Shown here: piece by piece, positions 15,691 to 25,099 of the stretch | Layout of the letters: every line of letters begins with the position of its first letter | How positions within the stretch are numbered: the stretch's first letter is position 1 | DNA from: a virus | Lineage: Duplodnaviria; Caudoviricetes | Reading direction: 5' to 3' (one strand) | Length of the DNA: 29,918 nucleotides | IMG/VR virus record: IMGVR_UViG_3300027007_000024 | Location: 1 to 29,918 of that record | Made by a program: the position numbers and the translations under genes | The notes under the pieces: generated by a model | Databases searched by the model: none | Told to the model about the DNA's origin: nothing | Seen by the model: only the letters and a program-made list of their open reading frames with translations

Positions 15691-16178
15691 TGACCACGCT
15701 CGCCAGCGACTTCGAGGACTCGCTCCGCGACGCCGTCCTCGACGAGGTGGAACACGAACTCACGGGTCGGCAGGCGAACCTCGTATTCCAGTTCGTCGAG
15801 CTCGTCCACTCGAACCTGCGCTCCTACGGGAAGCGGCAGGGCTACGACGTCGAGAGTACCATCGACAGCCTGGGGACGCCCGTGGTCGACCGCAGCGGCG
15901 ACACGATCTCGGTGACCGTGGGCTGGGTGTCCGAGCAGATGAGCCGCTGGGAGTTCGGTGTGAGTCCACACACGATCGACGGCAACCCCATCCTGAGCTT
16001 CGTCTGGGAGAACCCGCCCGACTGGGTGCGCGAGGAGTTCGACCAGGCGAGAGGCGCAGGTGGGCAGTTCGAGTCCGGCTGGCGCGTCTTCTTCCCCTCG
16101 GTGGACCATCCGGGCATCCCCGAGTCCAGGGCCATCCGCGACGCGCTGAACGGCCTGCAGCAGGTGCTACGCTCGTGA
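15690..16178 (+). CDS. neck/tail-completion protein (HK97 gp10-like)
   Basis: WEFGVSPHTI...VDHPGIP motif; TGATG overlap. Confidence 0.72.
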   Translation: MTTLASDFEDSLRDAVLDEVEHELTGRQANLVFQFVELVHSNLRSYGKRQGYDVESTIDSLGTPVVDRSGDTISVTVGWVSEQMSRWEFGVSPHTIDGNPILSFVWENPPDWVREEFDQARGAGGQFESGWRVFFPSVDHPGIPESRAIRDALNGLQQVLRS

Positions 16179-16672
16179 CAGCCCCAGAGGTCCAGTTCGT
16201 CCTCGACGCGATCGACAGCAACTACGGGACGCCGCTGGCTGACGTCCCGCTGGAGCGCATCGACCGCGACGCCTCGGAGATTCTCGAGCAGGACGTCCAC
16301 ACGGTCACGGCCGAGTTACGGGGCAGCAACTACGTCGGGGCGACGCTGGCGGATCGGACGACCGACGCCATCGGGACGGAGTACGACCACGACGTCCAGG
16401 CGGTCGTCGGCGTTCGCATCGAGGGGCTGCACCACTCCAAGTGGGGCCACGTCGACGCCGATGGTTCCGATGGCGTCCCGTGGGACGACCTGGTCCAGAC
16501 CATCCGCAGGGCGATCCTCCAGGAGCGGACGTTCCCCAGCGTCTCGGATCGGCCGAACACGACGTACACGGACCTGCGGACGGCGAACGACCAGGACCTC
16601 TCCAGCAACTATGCGGACTACTACCGCTACGACTTCGACGTTCTGTTCAACGGCTTCGAGGACCTGCCGTAG
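16175..16672 (+). CDS. tail terminator/completion protein (putative)
   Basis: Size and position upstream of the tail tube gene. Confidence 0.62.
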   Translation: MTAPEVQFVLDAIDSNYGTPLADVPLERIDRDASEILEQDVHTVTAELRGSNYVGATLADRTTDAIGTEYDHDVQAVVGVRIEGLHHSKWGHVDADGSDGVPWDDLVQTIRRAILQERTFPSVSDRPNTTYTDLRTANDQDLSSNYADYYRYDFDVLFNGFEDLP

Positions 16673-16677
16673 AGCCT

Positions 16678-16717
16678 GAAAAGTATTTATTTCTCGAAGG
16701 CATTACCCCTGGTAATG
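16678..16717 (+). promoter_or_regulatory. internal BRE/TATA promoter with palindrome over the start codon
   Basis: GAAAAG-TATTTAT about 25 nt before ATG 16715; CATTACC-cct-GGTAATG at 16701-16717. Confidence 0.6.
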
Positions 16718-16975
16718 GAGCCCCCTTCGCTTTCAGAGTTGCCTGGCTATGCGTTAGGCCTCTTCGTGGCCCTCACAATCGGAGGGGAGGTAGCGGCGAA
16801 GGTGACTGATGCCGTACTTTCCATCCTCTCTGGAGTCCCGGCAGCTCTAATCGCAGCGATTGGTGGAGATCCAGCTTCGCTCGCCAAAGTCGCTCTTCTC
16901 GTGCTGGCGGCTGGCATCCTCTACATCGCCACTCCAAGCAGGCTGGACTTCTTCCGCATGTTCAGGCCAGACTGA
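16715..16975 (+). CDS. hydrophobic membrane protein, moron-like insert
   Basis: Two to three TM segments, visibly lower GC, own promoter. Confidence 0.7.
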   Translation: MEPPSLSELPGYALGLFVALTIGGEVAAKVTDAVLSILSGVPAALIAAIGGDPASLAKVALLVLAAGILYIATPSRLDFFRMFRPD

Positions 16976-17100
16976 TCCAGGCATCCAGTTTTCAGTACGC
17001 CACCGACGCGTCCGTCGCCGCGGCGGGCGTCGAGGCGACCACGCGGCAGTTTTCAGGAGTTCATCATGATGAGCACAGCGTACAGTAGCGGAGGTATCGC

Positions 17101-17994
17101 ATGACGGGGGCCGGCTCTGCCGAGGTGGCCTTCGCGTCTGAGAACAGCTACGGGTCCCTCCCGGCCGATCCGACGTACTACCAGCCGGGCATCGACGTCG
17201 AGGTCAGTGAGGCCAGTCTCGACAACGCCCTCACGCGAGCCCGCCAGCCGGACGACCCCAGGCCGGCCGGCTCTCGCGAGGGCAACCTCGAGGGGGCGCT
17301 GTCGGTCACGTTCACGCTGACCGATACGAACTTCCACGATCTCGTCTTCGCCGATGCCGGGACGGCACTCGCGAGCGAGGCGATGCTCGCGCCGACGGCC
17401 ACGTGGTATCTCGGCGCGGACGTACTCGGCAGCACGGAGGAGCGGTTCCTGGCCGGCGCGGCCGTCGAGTCGGTCACGTGGAACTGGCAGCAGGGCGAGG
17501 ACGTCACGGTCGACCTCACGATCATCTACGGGACCGAGAAGGATCTCACGACGCCGGCGAGCATCACGCAGCCGTCCGTCGCGGACGCCGTCCCGTCCCA
17601 CGCCTGCGACGTGCAGCTGGACGCCACGTCGGTCAGCAAGCTTCAGAGCTTCTCGCTGGAAGTGGCTGGCATGGCCCGCTTCCGACGTGGGCAGCAGCGC
17701 GAGCCCGTCGACGCGGTGGTCGGGGCCTACGAACCCTCGGCGTCGCTGCAGGCCATCCTCGAGGACGGCACGCGTCGGGAGTTCGCCTACGGCTCGAGTA
17801 CGGCGACGACGCCCCAGGACAGCATCGACAAACAGAGCGGGTCGTTCGAGGTGGCCAACAGCAGCGGGACGGTCGCGACGTACAACCTCAGTGGTCTCCA
17901 GCCGACGTCGTACAACTGGAGCGACCTCGTCGCGGCGGACACGGACATTACCGACCCGACGGACTTCCACGTGACCGACATCGCGGTGGCCTGA
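17101..17994 (+). CDS. major tail tube protein
   Basis: GGAGGT SD; N-terminal VAFASENSYG; Thr/Ser-rich 297 aa; precedes the chaperone and TMP; no sheath gene. Confidence 0.8.
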   Translation: MTGAGSAEVAFASENSYGSLPADPTYYQPGIDVEVSEASLDNALTRARQPDDPRPAGSREGNLEGALSVTFTLTDTNFHDLVFADAGTALASEAMLAPTATWYLGADVLGSTEERFLAGAAVESVTWNWQQGEDVTVDLTIIYGTEKDLTTPASITQPSVADAVPSHACDVQLDATSVSKLQSFSLEVAGMARFRRGQQREPVDAVVGAYEPSASLQAILEDGTRREFAYGSSTATTPQDSIDKQSGSFEVANSSGTVATYNLSGLQPTSYNWSDLVAADTDITDPTDFHVTDIAVA

Positions 17995-17997
17995 TCC

Positions 17998-18567
17998 ATG
18001 GCGCTCAGAACGAAGACCATCGACTTCGAAGCCGAGAAGGAGCGCCTCCGCGGCGAGATGGAAGACGTCGCCGAGGACCTCGTCGAGTGGCAGCACAACG
18101 CCCAGAAGGCACAGGCCTTCGCGGAGGCGGGCGAGGAACTCCGCAGCCAGATCAACGCCCTCGAGTGGGCCGAGGAGCAGTGGGGCGTCGACGAGATCAC
18201 GCTGGCGGAGCTTTCGGAGGGCGAGCGCAAGCGCGTCGAGGACTTCTGCGACGAGCACGACGAGCTCCCCGAGCGCGTCCCCTTCGTCGCCATTGGGACG
18301 CACGAGGCCCCCTACCTCGAGCACGACCCCGAGAACGTGACGGCGGAGGACTTCAAGGAGACGGTCCACACGCTCTACGACGAGGTCCGCATCACGTTCC
18401 TGGAGTGGGCCGAGGGCAAGATCGCGTCGCTGTCGGGACTGAGCGAGGAAACGGGAAACGAATTTACAGAATTGGTACGGGAGAAGCAGGCCGAGGCGTC
18501 ACAGAGCGAGAGTGGCGAGACTACTGCCGAGCAGTCGCCCTCGCCCACGGACACAGCCCCGCGGTGA
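17998..18567 (+). CDS. tail assembly chaperone (gpG equivalent)
   Basis: Lies between tube and TMP; contains in-frame G GGA AAC slippery site. Confidence 0.8.
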   Translation: MALRTKTIDFEAEKERLRGEMEDVAEDLVEWQHNAQKAQAFAEAGEELRSQINALEWAEEQWGVDEITLAELSEGERKRVEDFCDEHDELPERVPFVAIGTHEAPYLEHDPENVTAEDFKETVHTLYDEVRITFLEWAEGKIASLSGLSEETGNEFTELVREKQAEASQSESGETTAEQSPSPTDTAPR

Positions 18568-18665
18568 TCGAGGACATGTCGCTCCGCGACATGGACCTGC
18601 TGGCAGTCTACGCCAGCGTCGAATCCCACGATCGCCGCTGGCACCCCTTCCTGGAGGACACTTGA
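18453..18665 (+). CDS. -1 frameshift extension of the chaperone (gpGT equivalent)
   Basis: The -1 frame reads KRIYRIG...HGHSPAVIEDMSLRDMDLL...FLEDT and stops at 18665, abutting the TMP ATG at 18666. Confidence 0.75.
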   Translation, partial: GKRIYRIGTGEAGRGVTEREWRDYCRAVALAHGHSPAVIEDMSLRDMDLLAVYASVESHDRRWHPFLEDT

Positions 18666-19838
18666 ATGGCGAGTTTCAGCACCGAGGCCGAACTGAGCAT
18701 CGTCCTGCCGGAGAGTGAGGTCCGCTCCGCGAGGAGCAAGCTGGAGAGTGGCCTCTCGGACATCGCCATCGGCGGTGGCTCTGGCCCGGCGTCGCGAGCA
18801 GTCCGGAGTGACGGCGGCACGTCCGGCATGACCGGTCGCCGAGGCCGGCGGATGTTCCGCATGGCACGCGAGCGAACGGCGCTCATGGACACCGCCGTCG
18901 AGCTGCTGGAGAGCATCGACGACGGCGGTGGCGGTGGCGGGCTCGGCGGCTTCTTCGGTGGTGCCGGAGCCAGCAGACTCATCTCGGGTGGCGCGGGTGG
19001 CCTGATCGGCGGGCTCGGCGGCGGAACCATCGCCAGCTTCCTCGGCAAGGCCTCGCTGGGGACGCTCGTCAGAGGCGCGTCTTCGATTGCGGTGCTGTTC
19101 ACGGGCAAGGCCATCCTCGAGAACCTTGTCACTGGAGAACTCGAGGCGGCCGACGTCATCAACCCGCTGAACAACCTGGGCGACCTCATCACTGGCCCGC
19201 TACCGCTGCCCGACTACGTCGAGACGGTGACGGGCCTGGGCGTGTTTATCACTGGAACAGCCTCCATCGCGTCGTTCGTCACGGGGACGAGCGTCGGCAC
19301 GCTCCTCACGAGCGTCAGCGTCTCGTCGCTGCTCAGTACCGGCGGGGCGACGCTCGCGACGCTGTTGGCTCCGGTCAGCATCAGCACGCTCATCCTCGGT
19401 GGCGCAACGCTCGCGACGGTCATGGGCGCCGTCCACATCTCCGAACTCGTCGAGGGGAAGATCGAGGATCTCACCGGCAAGGAAGTGCCCGACGTCACTA
19501 AGGAGGGGCGACGGTACACGGGCAACGAACGGACCCAGTCGAACCTCTCGAAGGGTACGCGGAAGGCCATCCGCCGCAACCAGGAGCGGACGGGCATCCT
19601 CGACCCCCTTCCTGACGCGCCGGAACGGCAGTCGGGCATGCGAACGCTCCCCGACGACGTGGGCACTCCATCGTCAGCCAGCCCGCAGATCCGCTCGAGT
19701 CCCACCTACGACGTGACCGTCGAGGGCGCAAACCGCGATGAAATCATCGAGGAGGTGCGGCGCGAACGAGAGGACGAACTGAGTGATCTGGAGCGCCGTA
19801 TCGAGAACGCATCGCGTAGTGGCGGGGGTCCGCGGTGA
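18666..19838 (+). CDS. tape measure protein (short)
   Basis: Follows the G/GT chaperone; Gly-rich with hydrophobic repeats; C-terminal PTYDVTVEG. Confidence 0.75.
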   Translation: MASFSTEAELSIVLPESEVRSARSKLESGLSDIAIGGGSGPASRAVRSDGGTSGMTGRRGRRMFRMARERTALMDTAVELLESIDDGGGGGGLGGFFGGAGASRLISGGAGGLIGGLGGGTIASFLGKASLGTLVRGASSIAVLFTGKAILENLVTGELEAADVINPLNNLGDLITGPLPLPDYVETVTGLGVFITGTASIASFVTGTSVGTLLTSVSVSSLLSTGGATLATLLAPVSISTLILGGATLATVMGAVHISELVEGKIEDLTGKEVPDVTKEGRRYTGNERTQSNLSKGTRKAIRRNQERTGILDPLPDAPERQSGMRTLPDDVGTPSSASPQIRSSPTYDVTVEGANRDEIIEEVRREREDELSDLERRIENASRSGGGPR

Positions 19839-20503
19839 CGCTCACCAACTACGCGTACCTCGAGATCGAGGGCGAGAGTGCGACGGCCACGTTCGAGTTC
19901 AACCGCGGCCTGGAGATCTCCGGCAACCTCGTCAAGTCCTACCTGATGGGCGAGCGGGGCAACTATCTTCGCGAGGTCATCAACCAGACGCCAGGGACGG
20001 GTAGCTTCGACGCCGACCGTCGGACGGGGTTCTGGATCGACGGCGGCGCTGGCGACTGGCAGGTGACGCTCGCCTTCGAGACTGGCGTCGAAGACATCCA
20101 GTGGGGCGACGGTGACGGCGGCACCGGGCCAGGAAACGTCACGACGACGGACGCCTCTGGCGCGGACGTCAAGCCCATCACGCGGCTGCAGATCCTCCAG
20201 TACTGGCTGGCCAAGTCAAAGAGCGACTCCGGCGGGACGACTCGCCTGCACCACGGCGAGTGGACCGACGGGGAGATCTCGAACGTCGACAGTAGCAACA
20301 TCGACGCCGGTGCGTTCGGACAGCCGATGCCGGTCGCGATACGGGAGACGAACGTCGACAAACCCGTGGACGATCCGCCGTCCATGACGGGGTCGATCAC
20401 CATGTCCCACGTCGCTCTCTGGGGCGGTGCCGAAGCACCTGATTGGATACAGGACGCCATCGGTGCGGCGCAGGACGCGGCGGACATCATCCCCGACGAG
20501 TAA
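19835..20503 (+). CDS. distal tail protein (putative)
   Basis: Position after TMP; GTGA overlap. Confidence 0.6.
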   Translation: MTLTNYAYLEIEGESATATFEFNRGLEISGNLVKSYLMGERGNYLREVINQTPGTGSFDADRRTGFWIDGGAGDWQVTLAFETGVEDIQWGDGDGGTGPGNVTTTDASGADVKPITRLQILQYWLAKSKSDSGGTTRLHHGEWTDGEISNVDSSNIDAGAFGQPMPVAIRETNVDKPVDDPPSMTGSITMSHVALWGGAEAPDWIQDAIGAAQDAADIIPDE

Positions 20504-20506
20504 GCC

Positions 20507-21736
20507 ATGACCACGCAACTTTACCTCGTCCCACTGCCGGATAGCCAGGCGACCACGCCGCCAGCGCAGGGCGTCTCCTCGCGGGTCGACGTCGCCGGGC
20601 TCCTCGAGGAAGGCGGCGTCGCCACGGAGAACATCGCCACCGAACGCGTCGATCTCCGCCTCCGGGGACACTTCCGACTCGGCCCGACGTTCAGCAAGAA
20701 GCTCGCCGACGAGCTGGACAGCCTCGGCGAGAGCGACTACTCGGGCGTTGCGCTGTACGATCCCGACGCAGCCACCCTCGGGGACCGGCGGGGCTACTAC
20801 GAGCTCTCCAGCGTCGACGTCAACCCGGCCCACCAGACGACCACTGACGCGTTCCAGTACGACGTCCGCCTGGACAAGGCCGGAACGCGAGAGACGCACT
20901 GGCGGGCGGTCAAGACCTCGCTCCAGTACGCCAACACGGGGCTGTCGGCCACAGGCTCGGGCACCTACGGCGGGGGCATCCTCGGCGGTGGGATCCTCGG
21001 GTCCGGACGAATCACCGCTCGCGAACTGGACGCCAGAGTCTGCGTCCCGGCGGAGGCATCGAAGGTTCGGTGGTTCGACGCCAGGCAGGGAAGCGAGGTT
21101 GCGTCGGTCGAGGAGACGGTCGCCGCGGAGTTCGGCAACGTCGACCGCTACGATCCGACGGCGGCGAGTTTCGACGACCCCACGCTGGTCTACGAACTGC
21201 CATTCGATGCCGAGGGGAGCGTGGACGTCCGAGTCTGGGACGACGTCGGCGAGCCCGACGCGAAGTACGCCAGCTTCGCGGATGGTAGTGGCGGCACCGT
21301 CGAGATCACGCAGTGGACCCACGCGTTCCACACCGGATTCGAGTTCGACGGCGCCCCGATCGTCGACAACGGTCTCCTGCGAGTCCGCTTCGACGAGCCC
21401 AACGGAGTCATCGAGGCGTGGACGTGGGACGATGGGTCCAGCTCGTGGACGAGTGTGAGCCTCGCCCACGGCGACTACGCGCTGTTCGACGCCGACCTCG
21501 AAACCATCGGCCCGGCGCGGGTGCAGGTCTTCGCCGAGTTCGAAGACACCACGACGGGCGACATTCACGCGACGGTGCTGTCGATTCAGCGCGGCCTCGA
21601 GCGCCTCGTGGTCAGACAGCCATCGAACGGGACCGTCCCCACCGACCTCGAAGACGTTCTCGCACCCATCGCGTCCGACCAGCACTTCGACGCGGCGCCG
21701 AGTCAGCGGGTCCTCGCCCGCTCTGAGGTGAAATAA
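20507..21736 (+). CDS. minor tail protein
   Basis: Acidic 409 aa in the tail module; internal YGGGILGGGILGSG motif. Confidence 0.7.
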   Translation: MTTQLYLVPLPDSQATTPPAQGVSSRVDVAGLLEEGGVATENIATERVDLRLRGHFRLGPTFSKKLADELDSLGESDYSGVALYDPDAATLGDRRGYYELSSVDVNPAHQTTTDAFQYDVRLDKAGTRETHWRAVKTSLQYANTGLSATGSGTYGGGILGGGILGSGRITARELDARVCVPAEASKVRWFDARQGSEVASVEETVAAEFGNVDRYDPTAASFDDPTLVYELPFDAEGSVDVRVWDDVGEPDAKYASFADGSGGTVEITQWTHAFHTGFEFDGAPIVDNGLLRVRFDEPNGVIEAWTWDDGSSSWTSVSLAHGDYALFDADLETIGPARVQVFAEFEDTTTGDIHATVLSIQRGLERLVVRQPSNGTVPTDLEDVLAPIASDQHFDAAPSQRVLARSEVK

Positions 21737-21739
21737 CAC

Positions 21740-22606
21740 ATGGTACTCGATCAAACTGAGAACTTCGTCACCGGCGCGGTATCGGCATCGATCAGCAGCG
21801 GCGCGACGACCATCTCGGTCGCCGACGCAAGCGTGTTTCCGGACCCGGCGAACGGGCAGTACAACCTCGTCCTCTGGGATCCGGCGGCGAACGGGTCGCC
21901 CTACACAGACCCGGACGTCGAGATCGTCCGCGTCACCGGGCGCGACCTCACCAACGACGAACTGACCGTCGAGCGGGGTCAGGAGTCGACGAGCGACGTC
22001 GCCCACCCGGAGACGGCGGAGTTGAACCTCGACCTGACGGCGAAGACCATCGACGACATCGACGCCGACCTGACTGCTCTCGACGGCCACGGCGACTCGG
22101 AACACGACGGGACCGTCCTGCACGACGGCCAGGACTTCGACGGCCAGGGGTCGAGCAGCTTCTCGAACGTCAACGGGATGGACGTCACCGGCGAGACGCT
22201 GGTTAGCGTCTACCCGAGTGCCGACACGTCACTCGCGGCAGGGGCCTGGGAGACGCTCCAACTCGACACCGAGAAAAAGGACGAGAACGGCGAGTTCGAC
22301 ACCTCTACCTATCAGTTCACGCCGGCGAAAACTGGCTGGTACCTGATCGATGCGCAGGCAGAGATCAGGGTGGCGTCGACGGGCGATGACGTGGCGATCA
22401 GGTTCCGGGACGTGACGAACGGCGCGAACGTCCTGTACAACCAGATGCAGAATGTCCAAGACACCTACGACCCACAGATATTCGGCATCCGCGAACTGAC
22501 GGCGGGCGTCAACTACGAAGTCCAGGTGCGGAACGCCAACTCGTCGGACGACACGAACGCTTCCGAGGACAGGGAGTACCTCGACATTCGCTTCATGTTC
22601 CGATGA
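21740..22606 (+). CDS. tail fibre / receptor-binding protein with C1q/TNF-like C-terminal domain
   Basis: N-terminal VEIVRVT...LTVERGQE anchor-type motif; C-terminal FDTSTYQFTPAKTGWYLI resembles a C1q-like jelly roll. Confidence 0.68.
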   Translation: MVLDQTENFVTGAVSASISSGATTISVADASVFPDPANGQYNLVLWDPAANGSPYTDPDVEIVRVTGRDLTNDELTVERGQESTSDVAHPETAELNLDLTAKTIDDIDADLTALDGHGDSEHDGTVLHDGQDFDGQGSSSFSNVNGMDVTGETLVSVYPSADTSLAAGAWETLQLDTEKKDENGEFDTSTYQFTPAKTGWYLIDAQAEIRVASTGDDVAIRFRDVTNGANVLYNQMQNVQDTYDPQIFGIRELTAGVNYEVQVRNANSSDDTNASEDREYLDIRFMFR

Positions 22607-22848
22607 CACTCTACATCGTGAAGCACGGCGCGGACGACTACCGGATGCACGCCGTGGACGGCACGGTCCTGGGCCAGGGATCGGCCCACCCGGACGCGAG
22701 GACGAAAGTCGACTGGCTCTCGGAGTACCACAACGGCGCGAGCATCCTCGCGAACCCCACTGCCCGTGCGCAGTACACCGACATCGTCACCGGGTCGGTC
22801 AAGTACCGCGACCTGACCAGAGACGGAGAAGGCGTCCCCTGGGAGTGA
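22603..22848 (+). CDS. small protein, possible fibre chaperone
   Basis: ATGA overlap; position after the fibre gene. Confidence 0.6.
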   Translation: MTLYIVKHGADDYRMHAVDGTVLGQGSAHPDARTKVDWLSEYHNGASILANPTARAQYTDIVTGSVKYRDLTRDGEGVPWE

Positions 22849-22851
22849 CCG

Positions 22852-25056
22852 ATGCACCTCGTGAAATCACTCGGCTGGACCGTCGAGATCGTCCACCCGG
22901 AGACAGGGCGAGTCCTCCGGCCGGACGTCCTCGACGACCCGGTCGTCCTCCCGAGCCTGAACGCCCTCCCCGAAGTTCGCATCCCCGTCCGCAAGTCCGA
23001 GGCGTGGCTCGACCCGGCGCTCGAGGGCGAGACGGACATGGCCGTCTACCTGGACGGCGTCAAGGCACCCATCGACACCCTGCGGGAAGTCGAGCAGCGG
23101 ACCGACCGAACCATCCTCCACGGCATCGGCGGGGAGGAACTCCGCGACAGGGTCCAGGTATCCTACCGCTCGGAGCGACCGAGTGTCGCGGTGGAGAACC
23201 TTGTCGACACGGAGACGAGCTATTCGCCGGACGTCGACGAGCCAGAGAGTGGCGATCTCACCAATAGCCTCCTGCAGGACCCGGACACCCAGCAGGAGTT
23301 AGAGAGTCTCGTCAACCCGGCGAGCGACCTCCCGCTGACGATCACCAACGGCGGGATCGAACCGCTGCAGACCTGTTGGCTGGGCCTCCTGGGGGATTGG
23401 TCGCTTCCCGAGCCCGATCTCGTGAGCCTGGAGTCGAACGACGCCTTCGAGCAGGGTGCTGCACAGGGGCTGTTGCCCCAGGACGACGTCGATAACGACG
23501 GCAGTCCGGAACTCGCCGCCATCGAATTTGACTTCGAGGTGGACTACACGATTCCCACCTACGACGTGTCCGGGTCAACCCTCGACGAGGTCTGGGCCGA
23601 GGTGCGTATGACGTCGAAAGACGTCACGACGAATCCAACACTGCGCGTCGACATCGACGGACAGGTGATCGGGGACATCACCGTTGGTAACGATGGGTTC
23701 GACGAAGTCCAGTGGGAGCGGGCCGATCCGACGGACAGCTTCGGCGAACTGCAGCCAGGAACGCACACCTGCCGAATCCGGCGCATCGACTCGCTGGATA
23801 CCGACGAGATCTTCATCGACTGCGTGGCAATCTACGACGCCGGTCAGCGCTTCGGCTCCTTCGACTACACCTTCGACAACACGCTCAGTTCCCCAGGTGG
23901 GTATCTCGACGGTCCGGAGACGCACCCGGACGTCGTCACCGTGGAGCCATCGGCGGCCGACACGCCGTTTGCCGTGCTCTCCGCGAATGCCTCCCTCACC
24001 ATCGACGACACCTCGAACGAGCAACGCCTCCAGGTGAGCAACGACGGCGGCCAGACCTGGCTCCCTGACGACGGCACTGAAGACAACACCAGCACCGTCG
24101 ACGTGGACTTTCCCAACGAGAGTCCGTCCGTGCGGCTTCGCGTCGACCTCTCGCGGTGGTCGCCGAATGGCGCCAGAGACGAGACGCCCAGGTACGGCTA
24201 CGCCGGCCAGCGAATCGACGCATGGGAACTCTACGGCGACCTTCGCCTGGAGACGTTGCTGGTGGACCGGCGCTTCGACAACGACCTCAAGACGGTCATC
24301 ACGGACATCGCTGGCGAGGACTTCCTCTGGAGCTACAACCTCGACGCGAACGGCAATCCGCAGGTGAGTTTCACGCAACCCGGGCAGCGGGTCGCGGACT
24401 CCGACCCGGACCTCGGCGACGTCACCATCAAGAAGAATATGGACGTCTGGGAGTCGGTCACCATCAAGGGCGCAAGCCAGCAGGTCTCAGGCGAGACGTT
24501 CCAGGCGAGTACGTCCTTCGAACCGCTGAACAACGACGGCATCGTCCCGGGCTCGGAGTCCGTCTACGACGACAGCCAATCCTACGACCGCGGCGTCGAC
24601 TACGAGATGGACTACACCGACGGCGAGATTCGGGCGGTCGACACGGGTGCACTCACCACTGGAACCGAGTACACCATCGACTACCGCCGGGAGATCTCGG
24701 GCAGCTACACCGTCCAGGACGCGTCGGCCAACCCGCGTGAGCTCGTCAAGACGGTGCCCGCGGTCACGAGCGAGAACACCGCCGAACAGGTCGCCTTCGC
24801 GATTGCCACTCGCTACTCGGAACCGAGATACACGGCGAACCTGTCCATCCCGCGGGCAGACGTCACCTTCGACCCGCTCGAGGCGCTGACCCTCGACAAC
24901 CTGGACCTGCCCGCGGCAGCCACGCCGCTCGAACTCCGGGAACAGCCGGACGTCACGCCCAGCGGGATCGAGGCCAGGCTGGGGTCCAGGGGTCGGATCG
25001 AGGGGGCGCTCTCGGAGATCAGCTCCACGCTCCGGCAGGTGAGTGACCGCGCCTGA
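22852..25056 (+). CDS. large tail-tip/hub protein
   Basis: 734 aa, acidic and beta-rich; GVDYEMDYTDGEI Ig-like motif; last gene of the structural run. Confidence 0.75.
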   Translation: MHLVKSLGWTVEIVHPETGRVLRPDVLDDPVVLPSLNALPEVRIPVRKSEAWLDPALEGETDMAVYLDGVKAPIDTLREVEQRTDRTILHGIGGEELRDRVQVSYRSERPSVAVENLVDTETSYSPDVDEPESGDLTNSLLQDPDTQQELESLVNPASDLPLTITNGGIEPLQTCWLGLLGDWSLPEPDLVSLESNDAFEQGAAQGLLPQDDVDNDGSPELAAIEFDFEVDYTIPTYDVSGSTLDEVWAEVRMTSKDVTTNPTLRVDIDGQVIGDITVGNDGFDEVQWERADPTDSFGELQPGTHTCRIRRIDSLDTDEIFIDCVAIYDAGQRFGSFDYTFDNTLSSPGGYLDGPETHPDVVTVEPSAADTPFAVLSANASLTIDDTSNEQRLQVSNDGGQTWLPDDGTEDNTSTVDVDFPNESPSVRLRVDLSRWSPNGARDETPRYGYAGQRIDAWELYGDLRLETLLVDRRFDNDLKTVITDIAGEDFLWSYNLDANGNPQVSFTQPGQRVADSDPDLGDVTIKKNMDVWESVTIKGASQQVSGETFQASTSFEPLNNDGIVPGSESVYDDSQSYDRGVDYEMDYTDGEIRAVDTGALTTGTEYTIDYRREISGSYTVQDASANPRELVKTVPAVTSENTAEQVAFAIATRYSEPRYTANLSIPRADVTFDPLEALTLDNLDLPAAATPLELREQPDVTPSGIEARLGSRGRIEGALSEISSTLRQVSDRA

Positions 25057-25099
25057 TAGTGGCCCTACACTTAAGCCACAGACCACTCGATTACCGAGT

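Noticed and set aside
21740-25056. Invertible tail-fibre cassette or diversity-generating retroelement
   Set aside because: No recombinase, reverse transcriptase, duplicated fibre ends or template/variable repeat pair seen.
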